Assembly: GCA_041737125.1 (NCBI GenBank)
Contig: JBGSSJ010000013.1
Location: 6,236 to 70,235, forward strand
Length of the DNA: 64,000 nucleotides
Origin: Minisyncoccia bacterium
GTDB taxonomy: Bacteria; Patescibacteriota; Minisyncoccia; Phycocordibacterales; UBA9973
Reading direction: 5' to 3'
A model generated the notes under the pieces. The model saw only the letters and a list, made by a program, of their open reading frames with translations. It was not told the origin of the DNA and did no database searches. Shown one piece after another: positions 55,799 through 64,000 of the stretch; position 1 is the stretch's first letter, and each line of letters begins with the position of its first letter. The position numbers and the translations under genes were made by a program.

Positions 55799-56788
55799 CT
55801 AACTACTTATTTTCTTACTTCTTTCATTATATTCTTCATTTATTCTTGTAACACTAATTTCAGAAGCATTCGTAATTTCATTAACTTTCCATTGAAGATT
55901 TTTCTCAAGATTTGTTTTCTCACTTGGTGCTTTATTTATAAGCTCTTGGTAAGTTAAGGTTAAGTCATGTATTTTAACATTTTGTTCTTTTCTTATATCT
56001 TCTATCATCTTATCTTTTGCACCTTGAAGTATTCTAAAAAGTTGCTGTTCAGACACATCGTACATCTCTTGGAATTTCTTAGGATCGAAATTCGGAGTGG
56101 TCATTGTGCTATACATTTTTGCATTCTCTACAGAAGTAGGAAACATTTGTGAATAATTTTCCATATCTTGTGCAAATTTTGCTTTTACTTCAGGAACACT
56201 CGAATTAAGCATGGCGTTTTTAATTTCTTGGCCCACTACACCTTCTTCCATTTTAGCTTTGTCCTCTGGTGCAAGTTGAGAGAATATATCCTTGTATTTT
56301 TCTAAATCTTCTTTATTAGTTAGAGAACTTGCGTACATATTCAAAGCACTATCATACCCGCGTCCATACCGCTCCAATTTATCTGAACCACCAGTCATTT
56401 CCCTTATCATTTCTGTTGAATTAAAAACTTCCGCACTAGATGGTGTTTCTACTTCTTTAACTTCTTCTGTTTTAGGATTTTCAGCATTCGTCGTTTCAAC
56501 TTCTTTTATTTCTTCTTCTGCTTTTTTCTCTATTTCTTCTGCTCTTACTTCCACGGATTTAGTTCGGATTTCTGCTTCTTCTTGAGTTCCCCCTTGATTT
56601 CCAATCATACTTTTTTCACTTTCACTTACTTCTTCTGCTTGCTTAGTAGCATTTTCTATTTCTAAAATTGCTGCATTCGCAAATTCTTCTATGTCATCTT
56701 TACCAGCCTTGAAAGCTTCTACTGCGATTTCCTTAAGTTTGTTTACATTTCCTTCTTGCTTTGCTTGATTTATTATTTCTTCAGTCAT
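55799..56788 (-). CDS. acidic E/K-rich coiled-coil protein (hypothetical)
   Basis: 329 aa, low complexity with no catalytic motif. Followed by a 13-bp-stem terminator. Confidence 0.45.
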   Translation of the reverse strand: MTEEIINQAKQEGNVNKLKEIAVEAFKAGKDDIEEFANAAILEIENATKQAEEVSESEKSMIGNQGGTQEEAEIRTKSVEVRAEEIEKKAEEEIKEVETTNAENPKTEEVKEVETPSSAEVFNSTEMIREMTGGSDKLERYGRGYDSALNMYASSLTNKEDLEKYKDIFSQLAPEDKAKMEEGVVGQEIKNAMLNSSVPEVKAKFAQDMENYSQMFPTSVENAKMYSTMTTPNFDPKKFQEMYDVSEQQLFRILQGAKDKMIEDIRKEQNVKIHDLTLTYQELINKAPSEKTNLEKNLQWKVNEITNASEISVTRINEEYNERSKKISS

Positions 56789-56798
56789 AAAATTATAA

Positions 56799-57002
56799 TT
56801 AACTTTCTAATATATGCGCACGAATTGCCTCTATCTTCTTTGCTTCTAATTCTTTTACATAATCAAGAATAATCTGATGACGCTCTTCGCCTAGAACACG
56901 GAGCTCTGCTAGAGCTCTGTCAGTTATCTCTTTTATCTTTTGCGCTTGTTCTTGTGGTGTCATAATATACGCTAATAATACTACATACATAATTAGTGTC
57001 AA
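56799..57002 (-). CDS. small hypothetical protein (likely 54 aa from internal MTPQEQ...)
   Basis: The ORF-track N-terminus looks like read-through. An alpha-helical charged peptide. Confidence 0.3.
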   Translation of the reverse strand: MTLIMYVVLLAYIMTPQEQAQKIKEITDRALAELRVLGEERHQIILDYVKELEAKKIEAIRAHILES

Positions 57003-57007
57003 TAAAT

Positions 57008-57039
57008 TAGCATAAAGAATTATGTAATTCTTTATGCTA
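57008..57039. promoter_or_regulatory. 14-bp-arm perfect palindrome in the divergent promoter region upstream of priA
   Basis: tagcataaagaatt-atgt-aattctttatgcta, ending 11 bp before the priA ATG. Confidence 0.45.
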
Positions 57040-57049
57040 GGATATATGT

Positions 57050-59011
57050 ATGTATATCGCTACCGTAATACCCATCAAGAAAGGAATAGAGAAAGAGTAT
57101 CTTTCTTACTTTTCATCTACGGACATACCACTCGGTAGTATCGTCAGCATTCCTGTCCGACTTAAGACTATCGATGGCATAGTAGTGGGCATTGAGGATG
57201 CGCATTCACTGAAGAGTGACATCAAGAACAGGGACTACCAACTGAAGAAAATAATCGAAGTCAAAAGTAGCTCCCCTTTCACGCATGAATTCTTCACCAC
57301 ATGTGCGCGTATGAAAGACTACACACTCAGTCAGACAGGTAGTATTATCCAAGCCATGATGCCTAGTGTATTCCTCGACAACATCGCCTTACTTAAAAAT
57401 AAAACAAATAACAAAGAAGAGTTACCAAGTGAGAACATCAAGCACGAGAAGCTCATCTTCCAAGCATTGAAGCCTGATCGTATTTCCTTCTATCGCACTC
57501 TTATCCGCGAAGCATTTGCGAAGAAGGAATCTATTTATATATGTGTCCCTACCAGATACGATGCGCTAGAGTGGGAGGCTGCACTGACGAAAGGTATAGA
57601 GCAGTACGTCTTCACATTCTATGGCGACAAAGGTAAGAAAGCGCTCATCAATAACTATAATGAAGTTGTAAGTACCGAGCACCCTGTACTTATCATCGGT
57701 ACTGGTATGTTCCTCTCTATACCAAGAGGAGATATTAAGACTGTAATACTTGAACACGAAAGCTCTGACTCATACAAGCATATAGGCAAACCATACCTCG
57801 ATGTGCGTAGCTTCGTCGAAGTACTCTCTTCACTACAGAGGTCCAAGCTCATCATTGCAGACACACTCATCCGCCCAGACACTCTCTACCGACACGATGA
57901 AGGTGAGCTTGGCGAAGTCCACCACCCACATTTCCGGCTCCCTACAACTGAGCGACAAATTATCATAGACATGAAGGAAGAGATGGATGAGAAAGGTTCA
58001 AAGAAGTTCAAAGTATTGTCAGATAAAACGGTAGCGATGATAAACCATGCGATACAGCATAATGAATCCGTCTTCTTATTCTCTGTACGGAAAGGTTTGG
58101 CTGGAGTGACAGTCTGTCATGATTGCGGACATACACTCCTCTGCCCAAACTGTTCATCACCTGTTGTGCTCTATGGTAGTAAGCAAAGAAATGCGACCAA
58201 GGTTCCTGGCAAGGAAGCTACACGTATATTCATGTGTAATAAATGTGGCCACAAGGAGGATACCGAAGTCCGCTGTACAGAGTGCACTAGCTGGAACCTG
58301 ACTCCACTAGGTATAGGTACTGACCGAGTCTACGCCGAAGTAAAAGAATTATTTAAAAATGTAGACATTATCCAGATAGACAAGGAAGCCACACCCACAG
58401 ACAAAGAAGCAAAAATTGCAATAAATACTTTTTATAAAAAGAGTGGGTCCATACTTATCGGTACTGAAATGGCATTCTCGTATATTCATACTTCTATCGC
58501 TCATAGTGCTATCATATCGCTTGATGGTTTACTTTCTATTCCTTCATTCAACATCACGCAGAAGATTCTACACATCATCGAGAAGTTGCACAGTATGACA
58601 GAAAAGAATCTAATCATACAGACAAGGTTACCAGACAACCAAATACTAAGTCATATACTAAGTGGCAATGTATTGCCTCTATATCGTGAAGATTTAAATG
58701 AACGCAAAGCTTTCGGCTACCCACCATTCAAGAGGCTAATCAAGATCACATTCACAGGTACAGCAAGTGAGACGGAGAAAGCACGAAGCTACCTCGACCA
58801 AGCATTATCCAAATACGAACCACAGATATTCTCGGCTTTCGTAGGTAAAGTAAAAGGCCAGTATATAACGAACACCATAATCAAAATCGATCCGAAAGAA
58901 TGGCAACTGCCCACAAGAGATAGAACAGCTACCCCATCTCACCTCTCCGAAGTCCTATATACTCTGCCTCCATCATTCTCGATAAACGTAGACCCAGAAG
59001 ATTTGTTGTAA
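57050..59011 (+). CDS. priA: primosomal protein N' (PriA)-like with degenerate helicase motifs
   Basis: PriA Cys-rich region CHDCGHTLLCPNCSSP...CNKCGH...CTEC. The expected Walker A (GVTGSGKT) position reads ALKPDRIS, and DEEH reads LEHE. Confidence 0.75.
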   Translation: MYIATVIPIKKGIEKEYLSYFSSTDIPLGSIVSIPVRLKTIDGIVVGIEDAHSLKSDIKNRDYQLKKIIEVKSSSPFTHEFFTTCARMKDYTLSQTGSIIQAMMPSVFLDNIALLKNKTNNKEELPSENIKHEKLIFQALKPDRISFYRTLIREAFAKKESIYICVPTRYDALEWEAALTKGIEQYVFTFYGDKGKKALINNYNEVVSTEHPVLIIGTGMFLSIPRGDIKTVILEHESSDSYKHIGKPYLDVRSFVEVLSSLQRSKLIIADTLIRPDTLYRHDEGELGEVHHPHFRLPTTERQIIIDMKEEMDEKGSKKFKVLSDKTVAMINHAIQHNESVFLFSVRKGLAGVTVCHDCGHTLLCPNCSSPVVLYGSKQRNATKVPGKEATRIFMCNKCGHKEDTEVRCTECTSWNLTPLGIGTDRVYAEVKELFKNVDIIQIDKEATPTDKEAKIAINTFYKKSGSILIGTEMAFSYIHTSIAHSAIISLDGLLSIPSFNITQKILHIIEKLHSMTEKNLIIQTRLPDNQILSHILSGNVLPLYREDLNERKAFGYPPFKRLIKITFTGTASETEKARSYLDQALSKYEPQIFSAFVGKVKGQYITNTIIKIDPKEWQLPTRDRTATPSHLSEVLYTLPPSFSINVDPEDLL

Positions 59012-59028
59012 AATCTTATAAATAAAAT

Positions 59029-59062
59029 GCATAAAATACTTGACAAGTCAAGTATTTTATGC
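59029..59062 (+). terminator. 34-bp palindrome / terminator downstream of priA
   Basis: gcataaaatacttgac-aa-gtcaagtattttatgc. Contains TTGACA and may double as a promoter for the 59094 gene. Confidence 0.65.
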
Positions 59063-59093
59063 TATTCTTTAGTCAAATTAGTGCGCTAAACCG

Positions 59094-60407
59094 ATGGCAC
59101 TTAAAAGCTGTTTTTTGACAGATAAGACCCTATTCCAAGGGTTGAAAGAATCGGATTTTATATTTATTAAATTTTTCAAAATGAAAAATCAAACAAATGA
59201 ATGGTTGAAAAAAATTACCAACCTTTCGAAAAATGTTGCAAATGAGTTAACTTTCTGGTTCCTCGCACCCATTGCGATGGTGCTGGCAGTAGTTATCCCA
59301 AAAACATTGGGGCTGGGTACGTCAGTATCAATAACTACTCTAATCGCCGTAATGGTGCTATATATGATCCTAAGAACGGATTATGTAAGAACCAAAAGAT
59401 TTGACGAATACGAAGAAAATTTTCGTCACACACTCACACTCTCAGTATTTTTCTTTTTTATTTTTTCTTATTTAGAACAAGTAGCACCTCGCAATCCATG
59501 GGGGGCTATGGGTTGGATTATTGCATTAACTACTTACTCAATTGTGGTGATTCTGCTACTGTTAAAAAACAAAAAAGGGTTAAAAAGATTCTCTGTTTAC
59601 AATTGGGGGTTAGTTGCAGTTGCACCAATATTTGTAATTGGTTGTATCGCGGAAATATACCTCCATTGGGCTATGTGGTGGGTATGGGTTCCAATAGGGG
59701 CTATATTTTTCTTTGCTTTTACTTCAATCTATTCTAATTTAGATGAATTCTGCAAAGAAGATTTAAAACCTATTCTGATACTTCTTGGAATCGGAGTTGT
59801 CAGTATAATCTGGCAATTTTGGACCCTTGAAACATTTTGGAGCCTGAAGCTTTGGGAACTTCTTTGCTGGGTTGTGGGTGTAATCGTTGTAATTTTATTT
59901 TTAATTTTTCTTTATGCTACCCTAGAAAAACAAAATGAAGAGAGAAGAGAAAGAGAACTGTATGAAAAAAATAAAACTGAAAACGAGAAACAGGCCATGG
60001 AGAATCTAAATAAAGCGATGCAAATGAAGGAAGACCTGCAAAATTCACCTAAAAGTGGAATGATAATGTCTCAAGAAATTATTGAATTTCTTAAGTTTGT
60101 ATATAAATTCCATCTTTCGAACCGTGTTTGTCTTAAGCCCCAAGTATTGGTTGAACTAAAAATAATTGATTTAATTGAGGTTTCTGAAGTAAAAAAACAG
60201 ATTCGATTTGAGAACGATGCTGTTCTGGTTGCCTTTTATCATTTCAATAGTTTAGTCAAAGATTGCTTTGACGACGAAATCCTTAATAGTTTGAGAGAGC
60301 AGTTGCTCAAACTGGAAATTTTAGAGGATTATAAAGGTTATGATGTCCTCGTTAATTTAAGGGATAAGAACAACTTCCAACATATATTAAAACTGCTTCA
60401 GGGCTAA
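59094..60407 (+). CDS. hypothetical polytopic membrane protein with C-terminal cytoplasmic domain
   Basis: 437 aa, about 7 TM helices, then a 160-aa soluble tail. An alternative ATG lies at 59181. Confidence 0.5.
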   Translation: MALKSCFLTDKTLFQGLKESDFIFIKFFKMKNQTNEWLKKITNLSKNVANELTFWFLAPIAMVLAVVIPKTLGLGTSVSITTLIAVMVLYMILRTDYVRTKRFDEYEENFRHTLTLSVFFFFIFSYLEQVAPRNPWGAMGWIIALTTYSIVVILLLLKNKKGLKRFSVYNWGLVAVAPIFVIGCIAEIYLHWAMWWVWVPIGAIFFFAFTSIYSNLDEFCKEDLKPILILLGIGVVSIIWQFWTLETFWSLKLWELLCWVVGVIVVILFLIFLYATLEKQNEERRERELYEKNKTENEKQAMENLNKAMQMKEDLQNSPKSGMIMSQEIIEFLKFVYKFHLSNRVCLKPQVLVELKIIDLIEVSEVKKQIRFENDAVLVAFYHFNSLVKDCFDDEILNSLREQLLKLEILEDYKGYDVLVNLRDKNNFQHILKLLQG

Positions 60408-60432
60408 AAAGCTTTGAATCCGAAATAAACTC

Positions 60433-60462
60433 AATGCCAGTCGTTACCAAACGACTGGCATT
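60433..60462 (+). terminator. terminator downstream of the 59094..60407 gene
   Basis: aatgccagtcgtt-acca-aacgactggcatt, then a T-rich tract. Confidence 0.75.
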
Positions 60463-60542
60463 TACTATTTTATTTGACAAGTGAACTATTCTATACTATC
60501 GTTGAGGGTAATTATAGAACTTTGAAATAGTTTTTAATTATT

Positions 60543-60592
60543 GAAGTTACAACTTTGTGCTTATTGTTATATGAACATAAAGTTGTAACTTC
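60543..60592. promoter_or_regulatory. 17-bp-arm inverted repeat upstream of the 60616 gene
   Basis: gaagttacaactttgtg ...16 nt... cataaagttgtaacttc, with one mismatch. Confidence 0.45.
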
Positions 60593-60615
60593 ACTTAATA
60601 TTTAAAACTTACAAA

Positions 60616-61020
60616 ATGGAAAACAGAAAAACATTCGCACAGCTCGTTTCAGAGAACTCAAATGGTTTGTTCGAGTTAGCCCCTCCTGTCCCCAAATCTG
60701 AATATAAAGGCAGAGACTGGGAAAAAGAACTCAAGACAACCACCATTTTGATTCATAAATCACAAGGAGATTGGATTGCCTTTCCCGGAGTTAAGATTCC
60801 AGTACTTGTACACACAAGAATAGGTCGGGATGGCGACCCAGAAGTTCTATTCTTACTAGAGATACTTAAGAGTGATGAACTCGTTCATTTTTATCTATTA
60901 TTGATAGATGAAGTTCTTCTACCTTTATTAAAAGACGAGACACAGCACATTCTTAGTATCCACCAACTATATTGCAATAGCTGGGAACAAACCTTTAAAC
61001 TCACACAAATGAAGATTTAA
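60616..61020 (+). CDS. hypothetical protein
   Basis: 134 aa with no recognisable motif. Confidence 0.4.
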   Translation: MENRKTFAQLVSENSNGLFELAPPVPKSEYKGRDWEKELKTTTILIHKSQGDWIAFPGVKIPVLVHTRIGRDGDPEVLFLLEILKSDELVHFYLLLIDEVLLPLLKDETQHILSIHQLYCNSWEQTFKLTQMKI

Positions 61021-61147
61021 AACTTTTTCATTATTAAACAAAAAACGACCTGTTATACCCAGCAAGGCTTAACCGGTTGTTTTCTTTTTATATTAAGATA
61101 TTTCACCTTGCTTCGAAGTAAACTATATGTTAATATAATTTTTACAT

Positions 61148-61399
61148 ATGATAACAGTTATAGAAGTGAAGAAGAATACAAATGAGAGCAACATGAACCT
61201 AGTTCGTCGTTTTTCTCGTAAGGTTCAAGAATCTGGCATTATCCAGAAAGTGAAGAGTAAGCGCTACAATGAGCGTGATTTATCAAAACTAAAGACAAAG
61301 CAAGCAACTCTCAAGCGCCTTGCTCGTCGCAAGAACCACGAGAAGCTACTAAAGCTTGGTAAGGTGCAAGCAGTAGTGAAGAGAGGTGGTAGACGTTAA
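61148..61399 (+). CDS. rpsU: 30S ribosomal protein S21
   Basis: ...VKKNTNESNMNLVRRFSRKVQESGIIQ... and a basic tail match the bS21 pattern. Confidence 0.6.
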   Translation: MITVIEVKKNTNESNMNLVRRFSRKVQESGIIQKVKSKRYNERDLSKLKTKQATLKRLARRKNHEKLLKLGKVQAVVKRGGRR

Positions 61400-61403
61400 T
61401 CAC

Positions 61404-61793
61404 ATGAAGTCTGACTTACTAAATATAAGCAACCAAACAAAAGGCATTCCGACACCAAAAGGAGTGCCTTTTGTCTCTATCAAGGACAAGATGCTAGGCA
61501 AGAAGTATGATCTCTCGGTCAGCTTCCTCTCCCCTGCCAATCAAAGGAAGATAAACAGACAGTACAGAGGCAAAGATAAGACGACAAATATTCTATCATT
61601 CACCTTGGGTGAGAATTCTGGGGAAATTACTTTTGACCTCGCACAAGTGAAGCGTGATGCACCGAAGTTTTATATGAATTACACCAAATTCTTGAAGTTC
61701 CTGTTTATCCACGGATGCCTGCATTTGAAAGGTTGGCAACATAGTAGTACAATGGAGAAAGAGGAACAGAAGTATCTCAAAATTTTTGAGTAA
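61404..61793 (+). CDS. ybeY: endoribonuclease YbeY (rRNA maturation factor)
   Basis: HGCLHLKGWQH equals the H-x3-H-x5-H zinc motif. ATG at 61404; the track's GTG start at 61386 overlaps rpsU. Confidence 0.8.
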   Translation: MKSDLLNISNQTKGIPTPKGVPFVSIKDKMLGKKYDLSVSFLSPANQRKINRQYRGKDKTTNILSFTLGENSGEITFDLAQVKRDAPKFYMNYTKFLKFLFIHGCLHLKGWQHSSTMEKEEQKYLKIFE

Positions 61794-61821
61794 TATTTTC
61801 ATAAACTCTTCATAAATTTTA

Positions 61822-63012
61822 ATGTCAAGAAATAATTATACTTGTGGTATTGATGTCGGTACGCACACAACGAAAGTTGTGGTTATTGGCCATGAGAAAA
61901 ATAGCGACAGGAATGACAAATCCCCTATCACACTAGCTACAGGTAAAGCCGATACTGAAGGAGTGCGCCTAGGTTATATTACGAATACTGACCAAGTAGC
62001 AAAGAGTATCAAGGAAGCAGCCACTCAAGCAGAGAAAGTTCTCGGTTTTAAAATCAAACATGCATATGTATCTATCGGTGGAGTAAACTTATCTTCGATT
62101 ATATCTACGGGCTCAGTTATCATCTCTCGTGCTGATCAAGAAGTTACGCAACTAGACATAACGAAAGCCATTGCAGATAGCGAAGAAAATCTAGAAATTT
62201 TAAATAAGAAAATAATTCATGTCATCCCAGTGTCCTACAAACTAGATGGCAAAGATTTGCATGGCAGGCCTGAAGGTATGCGTGGGGTGAAGCTTGAAGT
62301 TCGTACATTATTTGTGACATGTTCGAAGCAGAACATAGAGGACCTAGTCACTGCAGTAGGTCTTGCTGGTATAGACATTGAGGAAATAATAGCATCACCT
62401 CTTGCTACTTCAAACATACTACTCAATACGAAGCAAAAAAGGGCCGGCTGTGCCCTACTCGACATAGGCGCAGAGACAGTGTCCATGTCAATATTCGAGA
62501 ATAACACCCTTATGTCACTCCAATCATTCTCTATAGGTAGTATGGACATAACGAAAGATGTAGCTCTGGGCTTACGTATATCACTCGAAGAAGCAGAGAG
62601 TATTAAGCTCGGCAGTGTGATAGGTGGCGACTATCCGAAGAAGAAAGTAGACGAGATTATAGAAGCAAGATTAGGCGACATATTCGAGCTAGCAGGAAAC
62701 CATCTGAAGCGCCAGCGTCGTAGCGAATTACTTCCAGCAGGAATAATTATAACTGGTGGTGGTGCACATATAAGTAAAATCGAGGAGCTCGCGAAGAATC
62801 AACTAAAGCTACCATGTCGAGTCGGCCCGTCTGATATCGGAATAAATAATAAATTAAAAGTAAAAGATCTCTCTTGGTATACAGCTTACGGACTTGCACT
62901 ATCCTCTGGTGAGAATAATTCAGAGAGTGGTAGTATGGATGGAGCATTCGGTGACAACATAAAACAAGTAAAGGGATTTTTCAAATCTATTCTTTCTCAA
63001 CTTTTACCCTAA
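61822..63012 (+). CDS. ftsA: cell division protein FtsA
   Basis: CGIDVGTHTTKVVV, DIGAETV..., ITGGGA. Immediately upstream of ftsZ. Confidence 0.88.
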   Translation: MSRNNYTCGIDVGTHTTKVVVIGHEKNSDRNDKSPITLATGKADTEGVRLGYITNTDQVAKSIKEAATQAEKVLGFKIKHAYVSIGGVNLSSIISTGSVIISRADQEVTQLDITKAIADSEENLEILNKKIIHVIPVSYKLDGKDLHGRPEGMRGVKLEVRTLFVTCSKQNIEDLVTAVGLAGIDIEEIIASPLATSNILLNTKQKRAGCALLDIGAETVSMSIFENNTLMSLQSFSIGSMDITKDVALGLRISLEEAESIKLGSVIGGDYPKKKVDEIIEARLGDIFELAGNHLKRQRRSELLPAGIIITGGGAHISKIEELAKNQLKLPCRVGPSDIGINNKLKVKDLSWYTAYGLALSSGENNSESGSMDGAFGDNIKQVKGFFKSILSQLLP

Positions 63013-63062
63013 ATCGAAATTATATTTCGATCGGGCGTCCCGATGTTATCGGGATTAGCCCA
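63013..63062 (+). promoter_or_regulatory. cluster of short GC-rich hairpins in the ftsA–ftsZ intergenic region
   Basis: atcgaaat-tat-atttcgat, then tcggg-cgt-cccga and cccgat-gtt-atcggg. Unusually GC-rich for this genome. Confidence 0.35.
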
Positions 63063-63172
63063 TAATTAAGACATAATATCATCTTCTGTCAAATATTTGC
63101 TTTTTACAAATATCTGCTATTATGTACATACGTAATTTATTATTAATAAGGATGCTTTTATCTACATAACAT

Positions 63173-64000
63173 ATGCCTAAAATAAACCCAGACATCGAAT
63201 CATTCGCCCGCATTAAAGTAATCGGTATTGGTGGTTCCGGAAAGAACGCTCTTAATCACATGATCAACTCCAAAGTCAAAGGAGTTGAGTTTATCGTAAT
63301 GAATACAGATACTCAAGATCTGCATAATTCTCTAGCGGAGAAGAAAGTCCACCTCGGTAAGAACCTTACGAAAGGTCTAGGTGCCGGAATGAACCCTGAG
63401 ATCGGTAGACGCGCAGCCGAAGAAACAAAAGCCGAAATACAAGATGTCATAAAGGGTGCAGATATGGTATTCATCGCTTGTGGTATGGGTGGAGGTACAG
63501 GCACAGGAGCAGCCCCTATTGTTGCTCAAGCAGCAAAGGAACAAGGCATACTTACAGTTGCTGTAGTTACAAAGCCGTTCTCATTCGAAGGCAACCAGCG
63601 CATGAAGCTCGCCGATGAAGGCCTCTCTCTACTTGAGCAGGAAGTTGATGCGATACTAGTTATACCGAATGACCGTTTAATAATTATATCTGGTAAGGAA
63701 GTAGGATTCAGACAAGCTTTCGAAATGTGTGATGAAGTCCTCAAGCAAGCAGTAGAGGGTATTTCTGAACTTATCACTACGCCAGGAATGGTGAACGTGG
63801 ACTTCGCAGATATACGTGCAGTCATGCATGATGCAGGAAGTGCTCTTATGGGTGTAGGTATAGCTGCCGGTGAAGGACGCGCGGAGAAAGCAGCTCTATC
63901 TGCTATTAATTCCCCTCTTCTTGATCTATCTATATCTGGTGCTAAAGGAGTACTCTTCGCTATATCAGGCGGAGACGACCTCACAATACACGAGATAAGC
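63173..64000 (+). CDS. ftsZ: cell division protein FtsZ (N-terminal 276 aa; continues off the right edge)
   Basis: IKVIGIGGSGKNALN, GGGTGTGAAP, NTD..L. Absent from the track because the reading frame has no stop within the window. Confidence 0.92.
   Translation, partial: MPKINPDIESFARIKVIGIGGSGKNALNHMINSKVKGVEFIVMNTDTQDLHNSLAEKKVHLGKNLTKGLGAGMNPEIGRRAAEETKAEIQDVIKGADMVFIACGMGGGTGTGAAPIVAQAAKEQGILTVAVVTKPFSFEGNQRMKLADEGLSLLEQEVDAILVIPNDRLIIISGKEVGFRQAFEMCDEVLKQAVEGISELITTPGMVNVDFADIRAVMHDAGSALMGVGIAAGEGRAEKAALSAINSPLLDLSISGAKGVLFAISGGDDLTIHEIS

Noticed and set aside
59039-59070. TTGACA...TATTCT as a confident promoter for the 59094 gene
   Set aside because: The -10 hexamer is weak, and the element lies inside the priA terminator palindrome. 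It is noted only as a possibility.
63313-63984. Minus-strand ORFs 63313..63504 and 63526..63984
   Set aside because: They are antisense to ftsZ, which reads cleanly on the plus strand from 63173. Their P/A/S/R-rich composition reflects reverse-complemented Gly/Ala codons.
1-64000. Alternative genetic code (UGA=Gly, code 25) or stop-codon reassignment
   Set aside because: All conserved genes give full-length products under the standard code. The only in-frame stop in a conserved alignment is the single TAA at 42608-42610, which is better explained by a nonsense mutation or a sequencing error.
1-64000. CRISPR arrays, IS elements, integrases, rRNA or tRNA genes
   Set aside because: No direct-repeat/spacer periodicity, no transposase or integrase-like ORFs, and no tRNA-like structures in any intergenic region longer than 90 nt. 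The longer spacers contain terminator hairpins or promoters instead.

Overview
This is an AT-rich (about 35% GC), gene-dense window read under the standard genetic code. Long housekeeping ORFs are intact, and most genes lie on the minus strand. I interpret it as a core chromosomal segment of a small-genome bacterium, possibly CPR/Patescibacteria-like. That placement is an inference from the short AlaRS, the degenerate PriA, an archaeal-type AspRS/AsnRS, a DHS-like gene, and a minimal dcw cluster (mraY-ftsW-murG).

Main content, in order:
- a partial M23 peptidase at the left edge (<1..895)
- gltX and the dcw genes, then scpAB, a HIT protein, aspS/asnS and trpS
- dnaB, recR, rplU and cysS
- an orphan histidine kinase and an EamA transporter
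- a polyamine cluster: agmatinase, a DUF62 SAM hydrolase-like gene, a DHS-like gene, a short SpeA-like arginine decarboxylase and a GNAT
- a dnaJ–dnaK–grpE heat-shock locus with a divergent small regulator and a palindromic candidate operator
- a secreted BNR-repeat protein
- a ribosomal/RNAP cluster running infA-rpmJ-rpsM-rpsK-rpsD-rpoA-rplQ-rplM-rpsI
- a second actin-like ATPase, a short alaS, and mgtC
- three tandem paralogous Cys-rich proteins, the second copy split by a single in-frame TAA
- mnmA, an rRNA methyltransferase, mltG, a large unknown protein, a sigma70-region-4 + HARE-HTH protein, and typA
- rseP, frr, holB, mreB, a PriA with degenerate helicase motifs, two unknown membrane/cytoplasmic genes, rpsU, ybeY, ftsA and the start of ftsZ

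I found no rRNA, tRNA, CRISPR array, transposase or integrase. Many clean rho-independent hairpin terminators are visible.
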